This document shows positions 19,023 through 28,739 of a stretch of 64,000 nucleotides of DNA, piece by piece (position 1 is the first letter of the stretch; each line of letters starts with the position of its first letter). This DNA comes from an uncultured Candidatus Rokubacteria bacterium. GTDB lineage: Bacteria > Methylomirabilota > Methylomirabilia > Rokubacteriales > DASRDR01. The notes under the pieces are model-generated. The model saw nothing but the letters and a program-made list of their open reading frames with translations, made no database searches and was not told the DNA's origin. The stretch covers positions 1,472,001 through 1,536,000 of the forward strand of contig CAWDVE010000010.1 in the NCBI GenBank assembly GCA_963805625.1, written 5' to 3'. A program made the position numbers and the translations under genes.

Positions 19023-20186
19023 TCAGTCACGGCCGTAGAGCATGACGACGTGCTCGCCCATCCCCGAGTTGTTGTGGGTGAGGGCGAGTCGCGCCTCGGG
19101 TACCTGGCGCGGGCCGGCCTCGCCGCGAAGCTGCCAGAAGGCCTCGGAGGCCTGGGCGATCCCAGTGGCGCCGAGGGGGTGGCCGCAGCCGATCAGCCCG
19201 CCGCGCGGGTTGACCACGACCTTCCCGCCATAGTCGGACAGGCCCTTCTCGACGAAGCGGCCGCCCTCGCCCTTCGCACAGAAGCCGAGCTCCTCGTATG
19301 CGATGATCTCCGCGATGGCGAAGCAGTCGTGCACCTCCGCGAGATCCACGTCGTCGGGTCCGACGCCGGCCATCCGGTACGCCTGTTCCGCGGCCCGCCG
19401 CATCGACGGCCAGCTCGCGTAGTCCTCGGGGAGCGAGGACAGGGTGAACCCATCCAGCGCCTGGCCGGTACCCCGGATCCACACAGGCCGGTCCGTCAGG
19501 TCCCGGGCTCGCTCCTCGCTGGCGACGATGACGGCGGCAGCGCCGTCGGTGATGGGCGAGCACATGAACAGGCGAAACGGGGTCGCGATCATGCGCGAGC
19601 ACAGCACCTGGTCGAGGGTCGCGCCCTTCTGGAAGTGTGCGTAGGGGTTCTTGCTCGCGTGGTTGTGGTTCTTCACGCTGACCAGCGCCATCTGCTCCTC
19701 GGTCGTGCCGTGGCGCGCCATGTGCGCCTGGGCGGCCAGGGCGAAGCAGGGCGGCGCGGTGAGCCCGTGGGCCGCCTCCCACTCGCGGTCGACGCCCGTG
19801 CCCATGTTGAGGAGGGCCTCGTCCGGCGTCGGCACGTTCAGCTTCTCCACGCCCAGGACCATGACGAGGTCAGCGAGGCCGGCCGCGATGAAGGCGTAGG
19901 CGTACCGGAGCCCGACGGTGCCTGAGGCGCACATGTGCTCGGTCCGGGCGGAGAGCCGGGTCGGCTTGATCCCGAGCGCCTCGGCGGCGAGCGAGGAGAT
20001 GTGGCTCTGGAACGCCGTGCGCTCCGGCATGACCGAGCCCACCACGATCCCCTCGAGATCGACCGGCCTGAGGCCGGGGACCGAGTCGAAGCACGCCTTG
20101 CCGGCCTCCCAGATGAGGTCACGGTACGTCGCCTTCCGCACGCCGAAACGCGTCATGCCCGCTCCGACCAGGGCCACCTTCCGCAT
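19023..20186 (-). CDS. Thiolase family protein (SCP2/SCP-x type)
   Basis: EHMCASG, CSPITDGAAA, EVHDCF, GHPLGATG. Confidence 0.92.
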   Translation of the reverse strand: MRKVALVGAGMTRFGVRKATYRDLIWEAGKACFDSVPGLRPVDLEGIVVGSVMPERTAFQSHISSLAAEALGIKPTRLSARTEHMCASGTVGLRYAYAFIAAGLADLVMVLGVEKLNVPTPDEALLNMGTGVDREWEAAHGLTAPPCFALAAQAHMARHGTTEEQMALVSVKNHNHASKNPYAHFQKGATLDQVLCSRMIATPFRLFMCSPITDGAAAVIVASEERARDLTDRPVWIRGTGQALDGFTLSSLPEDYASWPSMRRAAEQAYRMAGVGPDDVDLAEVHDCFAIAEIIAYEELGFCAKGEGGRFVEKGLSDYGGKVVVNPRGGLIGCGHPLGATGIAQASEAFWQLRGEAGPRQVPEARLALTHNNSGMGEHVVMLYGRD

Positions 20187-20280
20187 GTCCCAGCCTCCAG
20201 GGCGGCGGCGCGCCGCCTCGCTCTCCCCTTATACCTCACGCGGGCGCGTCATGGGCAACGCCACCATGTATGGAGTTGCC

Positions 20281-21614
20281 TCAGGCCCGGGCTCCCGGAT
20301 CGAAACCCGCCAGGAAGAAGGCGGCGACGTGGTGCATTTGACAGAAGCTGCCCGCGCGGATCAGGGCGAGAACGGCCTCAGGCGCGACGTACTCGACGGC
20401 CACCCCGGGCTCCGGAACGAACTCCGCCAGGGGTCCGGATGCCTCGACGCGGAAGACGTGCTGGACGAGCTCGAGGCGGCCCGCGTCGGGGCGGAGCCCG
20501 CCGAGGTAGGTGACGCGCTCGGCCCGGAGACCGGTCTCCTCCAGGAGCTCCCGGCGGCACGCGGTCTCCGGATCCTCGCCCGGATCTTTCAGGCCCGAGG
20601 GCAGCTCCCACGTGTACTGCTCGACCGCCGGCCGGAACTGCCGGACGACCGCGACGCGCCCGTCCGGCGTCCGCGCGACGGCAACCACCCAGTCGAACGG
20701 CCCGAACGCGTGATAGGTGTCCGGCGCGCGGTTCGGGACGAACTCGACGTCCTTCTCGATGAGGGTGGTCCACGGCGACAGCTGACGCACTCGCCGCGCC
20801 ACGATCCGGGCCCGCTCGCCCCACCAGGTCTCGAGGAACCGCGCCGTCGGCTCCCGGCCCCGCACCCGGGCGACATCGGCAGGTGTCCGCCCTTCCGCGG
20901 TCCGCATCGACGTCTCGGCCCCGCGCAGGAGGAGCCGTGTCACCAGGGAGAGCTCCCCCCGCTCGCCGCGATGTGGAGCGGCGTGAAGCCTCCGCCGTCC
21001 ACGGCGTTCACCTCCGCGCCCGCCGAGAGCAGGCGGTCCACCAGGTCGAGCCCGGCGGTGCCTGCCAGGCCCGCGTGAAGTGGCGTGTTTTCCAGCGGGT
21101 TCCGGGAGCGAGCGCGCGGATCCCCGCCGTGCGCGAGAAGCAAAGCGACGGCCGGTGTCTCGCCGAAGTGAGCCGCGAGATGGAGCGGCGTCCAACCATC
21201 GCCCGCGTGCGTGGAGACGAGTCCTGGCGCTTCCCCGAGGAGCGCGGCAAGGCGGGTGACGTCGCCCGCGGCGGTGGCCTCGAACGCGTCGAGCACGGCG
21301 CCGCGGGCCCGCAGGAGGCCGAGGACGGCCGGCACGCGGTGGTAGCAGGCCAGGAGCGCGGGCGTCGTGCCCTCGAACAGGCCGAGCTGGTTGGCCTGGC
21401 CCGTCGCGATGGTCAGGACGAGCATGCCGTGGGCGATCCGGCCCTTCATGGGGCCCTGCCGCGCGGACTCCTCGTCGGTGTGGAGGGGATTGAAATCGCC
21501 GGAGAGCCCGGCGAAGCGGTCCACGGTCCCCTCGGTCACGGTGCGCGCGGCCGTCGTGAAGGCCTCGCCCACCGCGAACTCCTCGCAGTGCCGGCCGCGC
21601 GGGACGTAGGTCAT
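20281..21614 (-). pseudogene. Chimeric locus: truncated MaoC dehydratase fused in frame to an ankyrin-repeat plus NUDIX hydrolase, with a frameshift near 20955
   Basis: MaoC motifs SGDFNPLH..IAHG; ankyrin repeats GWTPLHLAA, NTPLHAG, GFTPLHIAA; Nudix box GLKDPGEDPETACRRELLEETG in the shifted frame. Confidence 0.75.
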
Positions 21615-22765
21615 CCGAGACTCGGGGGGCGCTCGAGGTCGCGCCCGATGATGACCCGCAGGATCTCCGACGTCCCCCCGCCCCAGAGCAGGAAGCGAGC
21701 GTCGCGGAAATAGCGCTCGATGGGGTACTCGGTCGCGAAGGAGTAGGACGCGAAGATCCGGGAGGCCTCGTCACAGATCCGGTTCGCGGCCTCGGAGGCG
21801 AAGAGCTTGGTCATCGCGGCCTCCCGTGTGACCGGCAGCCCCTGGTCGATGGACCATGCCGCGTGGTAGACGAGCAGGCTCGCCGCGTGGAGCTGGGTGA
21901 GCATGTCGACGAGCCGGAAGGTCACCGCCTGGTGCTCGCCGATGGGCTTGCCGAACGTTACGCGCTCCTTCGAGTAGCGGAGCGCGGCGTCGTAGGCCGC
22001 ACGGCCGAGGCCGACCGAGAGGGCCCCGGTCATCACCCGGATCTCCGAGAGGATGCCCCCCACCTTCTCGACGCCGCCGGTCTCGCCGCCGAGGAGGTGC
22101 TCGTCGGGGACGACCACGTCGTCGAGGATGATCTCGCCCGTCGCCGACGCCCGCACGCCGAGCTTCTCGATCCGCTTGCCGAGCGTCACGCCGGGGAATT
22201 GCCGGTCAACCAGGAACAGCGCGATGTGCTTCATCCCGCGCTCGGGAGACGTCTTCGCGCAGACCGTCAGCATGTCGGCGACGGGAGCGTTCGTGACCCA
22301 CGTCTTTGTGCCCTTGAGGCGCCAGCCGCCCTCGACGCGCTCGGCCCTGGTGGCCAGGTTGCCGATGTCGGAGCCCGCGTTCGGCTCCGTCAAGGCGAAC
22401 GTGGCGACCTTCTCTCCCCGAAGCGCGGGGACGAGGTAGCGCTCGCGGAGCGCGTCGCTCCCGTACTTCCAGATGAAATGCGTCCCCATGAGGCTCTGCA
22501 TCGCGGCGAGCGCGGCGACCGACATCGATCCGCGGCCCAGCTCCTCGGCGAAGAGGCAGTAGGTCACGAAGTCCGCGTCCGCCCCGCCGTAGGCCTCGGG
22601 ATAGCGAAGGGCGAGGTAGCCTTGCTTGCCCAGGCGCCGGAAGAGCGCGCGGGGAAACTCCCCCGCCTCGTCGATCTCGTGAGCGACCGGCGCCACCTCG
22701 GCGTCCACGAAGCGGGCGACGGCCCGCCGGAACTCCTCCTGCTCTGCGCTCAGCCGGAAGTCCAT
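21611..22765 (-). CDS. Acyl-CoA dehydrogenase family protein
   Basis: FALTEPNAGSD, GTKTWVTN, ERVTFGKPI, ERYFRDAR, GGTSEILR. Confidence 0.93.
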   Translation of the reverse strand: MDFRLSAEQEEFRRAVARFVDAEVAPVAHEIDEAGEFPRALFRRLGKQGYLALRYPEAYGGADADFVTYCLFAEELGRGSMSVAALAAMQSLMGTHFIWKYGSDALRERYLVPALRGEKVATFALTEPNAGSDIGNLATRAERVEGGWRLKGTKTWVTNAPVADMLTVCAKTSPERGMKHIALFLVDRQFPGVTLGKRIEKLGVRASATGEIILDDVVVPDEHLLGGETGGVEKVGGILSEIRVMTGALSVGLGRAAYDAALRYSKERVTFGKPIGEHQAVTFRLVDMLTQLHAASLLVYHAAWSIDQGLPVTREAAMTKLFASEAANRICDEASRIFASYSFATEYPIERYFRDARFLLWGGGTSEILRVIIGRDLERPPSLG

Positions 22766-22772
22766 CCCTTCC

Positions 22773-22871
22773 TCAGAGATCGCGAGGGATCGGCCGCGGA
22801 CCCCCAGGGCGCACTCGGTCCACGAGGGCGCTGAGTCGGTTCCTCGCCTCGGTGAGGGTGACGGTTCTCAC
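22773..22871 (-). pseudogene. Truncated Phd/YefM-family antitoxin remnant
   Basis: Translates as MRTVTLTEARNRLSALVDRVR.., a typical Phd/YefM N-terminus, then stops after 32 aa. Confidence 0.6.
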
Positions 22872-22935
22872 GAGGCTAGCGGTTGTGAACCTGTTCGCGT
22901 CATCACGCGCCGAGTCGACCGCGACTGGTCTGAGC

Positions 22936-24300
22936 TCACCTCTTGACCTTCGGAAGGCCGGCCAGCGCCGCCTTCACCTGCTCCGCGGGGTACTCGAAGT
23001 CCTCGAGCTTGCCCGTCATGTAGCGCTCGTAGGCGGAGAGGTCGAAGTGGCCGTGGCCACAGAAGTTGAACGCGATGACCTTCCGGTCGCCCGAGGCCTT
23101 GCAGCGCAGCGCCTCGTCGATGACGACCCGGATCGCGTGGGCCGCCTCGGGCGCCGGCAGGAACCCTTCCGCCCGCGTGAACGTCAGCGCCGCCTCGAAG
23201 GTGGGGTTCTGGTGGACGGCCACCGCCTCGATCACCTTGTGGTCGTACAAGGCGCACACCAGGGGCGCCATGCCGTGGTAGCGGAGGCCCCCCGCGTGGA
23301 TCGGCGCCGGGATGAAAGAGTGACCGAGCGTATACATCTTGACCAGTGGCGTCATCTGCCCGGTGTCGCCGAAGTCGTAGACGTACTCGCCCTTGGTGAG
23401 GCTCGGGGCCGCGTGGGGCTCGACGGCGATGACGCGAAGGTCCTTCCGCCGCCCGCTCAGCTTGTCCTGGAGGAAGGGGAACGTGAAACCGCCGAAGTTC
23501 GAGCCGCCCCCGATGCAGCCGACGAGGATGTCCGGGCGGTCGCCCGCCATCTCCAGCTGCCGCTGGGCCTCCAGCCCGATGACCGTCTGGTGCGTCAGGA
23601 CGTGGTTCAGCACGGAGCCGAGCGAGTACTTCGTATCCTCCCGCTGGGCAGCCTCCTCGACCGCCTCCGAGATCGCCATGCCAAGGCTTCCCGGCGAGTG
23701 CGGGTCCTTTGTGAGCGCCGCGCGGCCGGCCGCCGTCTCGCGAGACGGGCTCGCCACCACCTTGCCGCCCCATGCCTCCATCATGATGCGCCGGTACGGC
23801 TTCTGGTCGTAGGAGACCCGCACCATGTAGACCTTGCACTCGATCCCGAAGATCTGACAGGCAAATGACAGCGCCGAGCCCCACTGCCCCGCTCCCGTCT
23901 CCGTCGTGATGCGCCGGACGCCTTCCTGGTGGTTGTAGTAGGCCTGGGCGACCGCGGTGTTCGGCTTGTGGCTCCCGGCGGGCGAGACGCCCTCCCACTT
24001 GTAGTAGATCCGCGCTGGCGTCCCGAGCGCCTTCTCCAGGCGATGGGCACGGTAGAGCGGCGTCGGCCGCCAGAGCCGGTAGACGTCCCGCACGGGCTCG
24101 GGGATGTCGATCCACCGCTCCTGGCTCACCTCCTGCTTGATGATCTCCATCGGGAACAGGGGGGCGAGGTCCTGAGGACCGATGGGCTGGAGCGTGCCCG
24201 GGTGGATCACCGGCGGGAGCGGCGCCGGCAGGTCCGCCTGGATGTTGTACCAGCGGCTCGGCAGGTCCTTCTCGTCTAGCAGGAACTTGGTCTGGGCCAC
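22936..24300 (-). CDS. trpB2: Tryptophan synthase beta chain type 2 (TrpB-like PLP enzyme)
   Basis: [17 protein letters not shown] (PLP Lys), [43 protein letters not shown]. Confidence 0.95.
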   Translation of the reverse strand: MAQTKFLLDEKDLPSRWYNIQADLPAPLPPVIHPGTLQPIGPQDLAPLFPMEIIKQEVSQERWIDIPEPVRDVYRLWRPTPLYRAHRLEKALGTPARIYYKWEGVSPAGSHKPNTAVAQAYYNHQEGVRRITTETGAGQWGSALSFACQIFGIECKVYMVRVSYDQKPYRRIMMEAWGGKVVASPSRETAAGRAALTKDPHSPGSLGMAISEAVEEAAQREDTKYSLGSVLNHVLTHQTVIGLEAQRQLEMAGDRPDILVGCIGGGSNFGGFTFPFLQDKLSGRRKDLRVIAVEPHAAPSLTKGEYVYDFGDTGQMTPLVKMYTLGHSFIPAPIHAGGLRYHGMAPLVCALYDHKVIEAVAVHQNPTFEAALTFTRAEGFLPAPEAAHAIRVVIDEALRCKASGDRKVIAFNFCGHGHFDLSAYERYMTGKLEDFEYPAEQVKAALAGLPKVKR

Positions 24301-24314
24301 GGGAACCTCCTTGT

Positions 24315-25220
24315 TCAGCCTGGGCGGCGTTGGCCGGGTCGCGCCGGATCCGGGAGAGTAGCCCGCGCGAGCGCGTCCGCGTACGCGTGGCGTCCCGCCT
24401 CGTCAGCGAAGAGATCGTCAGGGATGCGGTGATCGGCGAACTGCCAGAGCCGCTCGGGGTAGCGACGGTCGACGGCCAGCCCGCCACCGAGGCACGCAAG
24501 CGGCCGCGCCCGCTCACGCTCGACCTCGTCCGCGAGCGCCGCTCGCAGCCCGCCGAGCGCCGCGAGCGGCACGGCCAGCCCGAGCACGCGGTACGGCAAG
24601 AGGAAGCGCGTCGACTTCGGCGGTAGGAGCGCCACCTCCGCTCGCCGGCGCACGGCCGGCTTGTCGAGCGCCGGCGGACGCAGGACGACGACGTCCGCCG
24701 CCCCCAGCCACCCGGCGATCGCCTCGTCCTCGACGAGACGCGCCGGACGCCGGTGGCCGTTCCGCGAGACGAGCCGCTCGACCTCGCTCGCCAGGGCGTG
24801 GGGATCCGACGCCTCGGGTCCAGGCCGACCGTAGACCCGATCGCCGTAGTGACAGCGGAGCCCGCCCTCCACACCAGCCTTGAGCCCGAGCGCCCGGCGC
24901 GCGGCGTCGAAGGCGGCCGCCGGCACGCCCTCGAGCACGCGGCACCAGGTTCCGATGCGAACCTCGGGCGACTCGAGGTCGACCTGCTGAATCACGGCGA
25001 AGCGCGCACCGAAATCGCGCGCGAGGACGACGGCGCGATGGCTCCCGTCCAGGATCAGCCCGGATCCGGCATCGACGACGAGCGGCCACGACAGGACGCG
25101 CGCGGCCCCGAGGAGGTCCGCCACGCGGGACTCACCATCCGGGGACGTGGCTTCGTGCGGGCGAAGGTCCCCGAGCCTGGCAACGGCAAGACTCGCTCGG
25201 ACGTCGTCCGCTGACTCCAT
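24315..25220 (-). CDS. ParB/Srx-fold protein, SerK/SbnI-like free L-serine kinase homologue
   Basis: LRPHE, ILDGSHR, VRIGTW and C-terminal [11 protein letters not shown] match the recalled SerK motif order PHE, DGHHR, TW, PKTTRH. Confidence 0.7.
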   Translation of the reverse strand: MESADDVRASLAVARLGDLRPHEATSPDGESRVADLLGAARVLSWPLVVDAGSGLILDGSHRAVVLARDFGARFAVIQQVDLESPEVRIGTWCRVLEGVPAAAFDAARRALGLKAGVEGGLRCHYGDRVYGRPGPEASDPHALASEVERLVSRNGHRRPARLVEDEAIAGWLGAADVVVLRPPALDKPAVRRRAEVALLPPKSTRFLLPYRVLGLAVPLAALGGLRAALADEVERERARPLACLGGGLAVDRRYPERLWQFADHRIPDDLFADEAGRHAYADALARATLPDPARPGQRRPG

Positions 25221-25275
25221 TGGGCCTCGGCACGTCCTCTACTGGTGTCGGAGAACGGATCCGCGCGCGCGCCGG

Positions 25276-26592
25276 TCAGCGCCCGCGCAGCGCCCGGCGC
25301 GCTTCCTCGGTGGCGTCGCTCTCCGGAAAGTCACGGACGAGCTGGCTCCAAGCCTGCCGCGCGTCGGACTCTCGCTTCTGGGCGCGATAGGCGAGGCCGA
25401 GGCGGAGCAGGGCCTGGGGCGTGTCCTTCCCCTTCGGGGCGAGATCGATGGCCTTCCGGTACTCGAGCGCGGCGCGCTCGAAGTCGCGCGCCGCGTAGTA
25501 CGCCTCGCCGATCCGGAACTGCGCCGACGCGGCGAGTGGGTCCGACGGAAACGTCTGGACGAGCTCCTCGAACTCCAGCACGGCCTGTCCCTGCTCGCCC
25601 TTGCTCCAGTTCTCCATCGCGCGATCGAAGAGGGCACGGGCGGTAGACGATCCCGGCCCGGGGAGGGTCGTCGTCGCCGCCGTGCCGGCCTTGGCGGGGC
25701 GCGGCGGCGTCGCCCCCGCTGGGCGCTCCGGGGCCGCCGTTTTCGGCTCGACGGGAGGCGGAGCGGCCTTCGCCACGCGCGCCGCTTCGTCGGGGGCCGG
25801 GCGAGCCGGGGTCGTGGCGCGAGGAGCGTCCGGCTTCTTCCAGGCCGGGGGCGTGTCGGCCACGCGAGGGCCCGTAGAGTCGACCATGGTCTCGCGCGGA
25901 GGAGCGGGCGCCACCGCTGGGGGCGGTGTCGAGCTCCTGGGGTTGCGCGAGGACCCGAGCGTCGCCGGCGGCGTGAGGCCGGCCCCCGCCGCAGCGCTGT
26001 CCGGCGCGGAGGCCGGCGGCGTGGACTCCTCGGCGGGACGGGGGGCCGATGACGCGGCCGGCGACCGCGCGGGCGATCCGCTTCGGGCCCCGGACGCCGA
26101 TGTCGACGCAGAGTCCAGGATCCGGGCGAGCTGGCTCTCGACCCCCGTGAGGCTCATCTCGACCCGGCGCAGTACCTGGCCCAGCTCGGTCGCTCGCCTC
26201 TCCAGGAGGTCGATGCGCCGGGCCTGGGCGTCGAGCACCTCGACCTGGCGCTGGAGGTCGTGACGGGACGACGCCTCGATCGCCTTCTGGACGGCGTCGA
26301 ACTCCGCTCGCGTCTCCTGCGCGACACGATCCGCGTGCTCCGTGCCGGCGCGCTGCGAAGCCTCCACGCGCGTGCGGAGCTCGGCGACATCGGCGCGGAG
26401 ACGGTCCACCTCCTGGCGCAGAGCAGCGGGAGAGTCGGGCGGCGGCGCCTTCGTCTCGTCCGCCGGCTTCGCGCCGCGCCCGCAGCCGCCGCTCAGGCCG
26501 GTCACCAGGACCACCGCGACCGCAACAGCCGTGTCGAGCCATCGTCGCGACCGGTCGCGACCTCGGATCTCTCGTGCCTGGGCCGATTTCAC
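25276..26592 (-). CDS. CpoB/YbgF-like lipoprotein (coiled coil, Pro/Ala linker, C-terminal TPRs)
   Basis: Hydrophobic signal plus LSGGC; TPRs AQFRIGEAYY, PQALLRLG, LVRDFPES; start approximate. Confidence 0.75.
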   Translation of the reverse strand: MKSAQAREIRGRDRSRRWLDTAVAVAVVLVTGLSGGCGRGAKPADETKAPPPDSPAALRQEVDRLRADVAELRTRVEASQRAGTEHADRVAQETRAEFDAVQKAIEASSRHDLQRQVEVLDAQARRIDLLERRATELGQVLRRVEMSLTGVESQLARILDSASTSASGARSGSPARSPAASSAPRPAEESTPPASAPDSAAAGAGLTPPATLGSSRNPRSSTPPPAVAPAPPRETMVDSTGPRVADTPPAWKKPDAPRATTPARPAPDEAARVAKAAPPPVEPKTAAPERPAGATPPRPAKAGTAATTTLPGPGSSTARALFDRAMENWSKGEQGQAVLEFEELVQTFPSDPLAASAQFRIGEAYYAARDFERAALEYRKAIDLAPKGKDTPQALLRLGLAYRAQKRESDARQAWSQLVRDFPESDATEEARRALRGR

Positions 26593-26775
26593 GCGCACAG
26601 TATCGCACCGTAGCACCCGCGCCGTTTCAGGGTCAACCAACGGGGGCCCCGCTGCTGTTGCCAAATGGAAATGTCACCTCCCCTAACTGGCACCCGAGCG
26701 GCTCAGCAACGGCTGCGGCAGTCGGGTGGCTGCCGCGGGTGGCCGCCCGGCGCGGCGCCGCGGTAAGCTGGCCAT

Positions 26776-28296
26776 GTGGCCGTCGCGACGCCGTCCCGGC
26801 TCCGCGTCCGACACCCGCTCCCTCCGGCGCGCTGGCCGACGCGCGAGGAGGCCGAGCAGGCCCGCTGGTTCTCCCCGGTCCGTCTCGGCGTCCACTGCCT
26901 GGCGGCCGACCGCACGTGGGTGCCGGCGATGGTCCCCTGGCGGGCGACCGAGGACGGCCACGTCACCCCCGAGGTGCTCGAGTGGTACGGCCGCTTCGCC
27001 GAGGGCCAGCCCGGTGTGCTGGTCGTGGAGGCAACCGGCATCCGCGACGTACCGAGCGGCCCGCTCCTCCGCATCGGCAGCGACCGTTTCGTCCCGGGGC
27101 TCCGGCACCTCGTCGAGACGGTGCGGGAGCGGAGCGAGGGGCGGACGCGCCTCTTCATCCAGGTCATCGACTTCGTCGCGGTCCGGCGGCGGCCGCAGCC
27201 GGCGACATTCTTCGCGCGCTATCTCGAGATCGGGGACGACCTCCGTCGCCGCCTGGCCGAGGCGCTCGACGACGCGCGCTGGCAGGACGCGGCTGCGGCG
27301 CCGGATGCCGAGGTGCGGGCCCGCCTGGCCGAAGCCGGACGCTCCCTCGTCGAGGCCGTTCTCAGCGCGCGCGAGCGGGAGTCGCTCGACTACGGCTACC
27401 GCGAGCGGGTAGGCGACCTCCACCTGCCGCACATCCGCGACCTGCCGCGGGTCCTGCCGGGCCTCTTCGCCGAGGCCGCGCAGCGGGCGCGCGAGGCGGG
27501 CTTCGACGGCGTCGAGCTTCACTACGCGCACGCCTACACGATGGCCTCGTTCCTCTCGCGGATGAACCGGCGGACTGACGGCTACGGCGGGGCGCGCCCG
27601 GAGCGGGCGCGGCTTCCGCTGGAGGTGCTCCACACGGTCCGGAACAAGGTCGGCGACGACTACGTGGTGGGCATCCGCTACCTGGGCCACGACGTGGTGG
27701 CAGGCGGTAACGACCTCGACGACGCGATCTGGTTCGGGCTTCGCTTCGCCGAGGGTCGGGCGGACTACCTGTCGGTGTCCAAGGGCGGCCGATTCGAGGA
27801 CGCCCGGCAGCCCAAGGTCGGCGAGGCGGTCTACCCCTACACCGGTGAGTCGGGCTATGAATGCATGCCCACCGTGATGTCGGACGCGCGAGGCCCGTTC
27901 GGCCGCAACGTGCCGCTGGCGGCCGCCATCCGGGCCGGCCTCCGGGCGGCGGGGCACCAGCTCCCGGTGGTCACGAGCGGCGGCGTGTCCACCTTCGACC
28001 AGGCGGAGGGCATCCTGGCCCGCGGGGAGGCGGATATCGTGGCGGCCGCACGCCAGACCCTCGCCGATCCGGACTGGTTCCGGAAGATCCGGCTGGGCCA
28101 CGGGCACCTCGTCCGTCGCTGCGAGTTCACGAACTACTGCGAGGGCCTGGACCAGCGGCACAAGCAGGTGACCTGCAAGCTGTGGGATCGCGATCTCGAC
28201 CAGGATGACCCGGGTGTGACGCTCGCGAGCGACGGGCGACGCCGGCTCGCGCCTCCGTCCTGGCGGCCGCCGGCCGCAGCGGGCGGAGAATCCTGA
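26776..28296 (+). CDS. NADH:flavin oxidoreductase (old yellow enzyme family)
   Basis: PAMVPW, EAGFDGVELHYAHAY, NRRTDGYGG, ARQTLADPDW, C-terminal CEFTNYC. Confidence 0.88.
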   Translation: MAVATPSRLRVRHPLPPARWPTREEAEQARWFSPVRLGVHCLAADRTWVPAMVPWRATEDGHVTPEVLEWYGRFAEGQPGVLVVEATGIRDVPSGPLLRIGSDRFVPGLRHLVETVRERSEGRTRLFIQVIDFVAVRRRPQPATFFARYLEIGDDLRRRLAEALDDARWQDAAAAPDAEVRARLAEAGRSLVEAVLSARERESLDYGYRERVGDLHLPHIRDLPRVLPGLFAEAAQRAREAGFDGVELHYAHAYTMASFLSRMNRRTDGYGGARPERARLPLEVLHTVRNKVGDDYVVGIRYLGHDVVAGGNDLDDAIWFGLRFAEGRADYLSVSKGGRFEDARQPKVGEAVYPYTGESGYECMPTVMSDARGPFGRNVPLAAAIRAGLRAAGHQLPVVTSGGVSTFDQAEGILARGEADIVAAARQTLADPDWFRKIRLGHGHLVRRCEFTNYCEGLDQRHKQVTCKLWDRDLDQDDPGVTLASDGRRRLAPPSWRPPAAAGGES

Positions 28297-28400
28297 CGCG
28301 CGGCTCCGCCGGAGAGCCGGCGCACGATGCGGAATCTCGACAGCCCAAGGGGGCGCCCCGATGGACGTTGGCGTCATCCCGGGGCACAAGGAGATCCTCG

Positions 28401-28739
28401 ATGGGGAGCTACTACGCGTCCGAGCACCTCGGGAAGTTCGGAACCATCGCCCAGGGGAGCCCGGACCTTGCCGAGAAGTTCTTCGCCTGGTACAACGCGG
28501 TCTTCGCCGAGGGCGCCCTCAGCGAGCGCGAGAAGGCGCTGATCGCGCTGGGCGTGGCCCACGCCGTCCAGTGCCCCTACTGCATCGACGCGTACACGAA
28601 GACGTGTCTCGAGAAGGGCTCCGATCTCGAGCAGATGACGGAAGCGGTCCACGTGGCCTCGGCCATCCGGGGAGGCGCCTCGCTGGTCCATGGCGTCCAG
28701 ATGCTCGAGCACGCGCGGCACGCGGGGATGGCGGAGTGA
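28401..28739 (+). CDS. AhpD/carboxymuconolactone decarboxylase-family protein (ArsS-cluster associated)
   Basis: LSEREKALIAL..QCPYCID, GGASLVHGVQM; AAGGAG RBS. Confidence 0.88.
   Translation: MGSYYASEHLGKFGTIAQGSPDLAEKFFAWYNAVFAEGALSEREKALIALGVAHAVQCPYCIDAYTKTCLEKGSDLEQMTEAVHVASAIRGGASLVHGVQMLEHARHAGMAE

Noticed and set aside
24315-25220. Chromosome-partitioning ParB
   Set aside because: No HTH domain or adjacent parA, and the motifs fit the SerK/SbnI branch.
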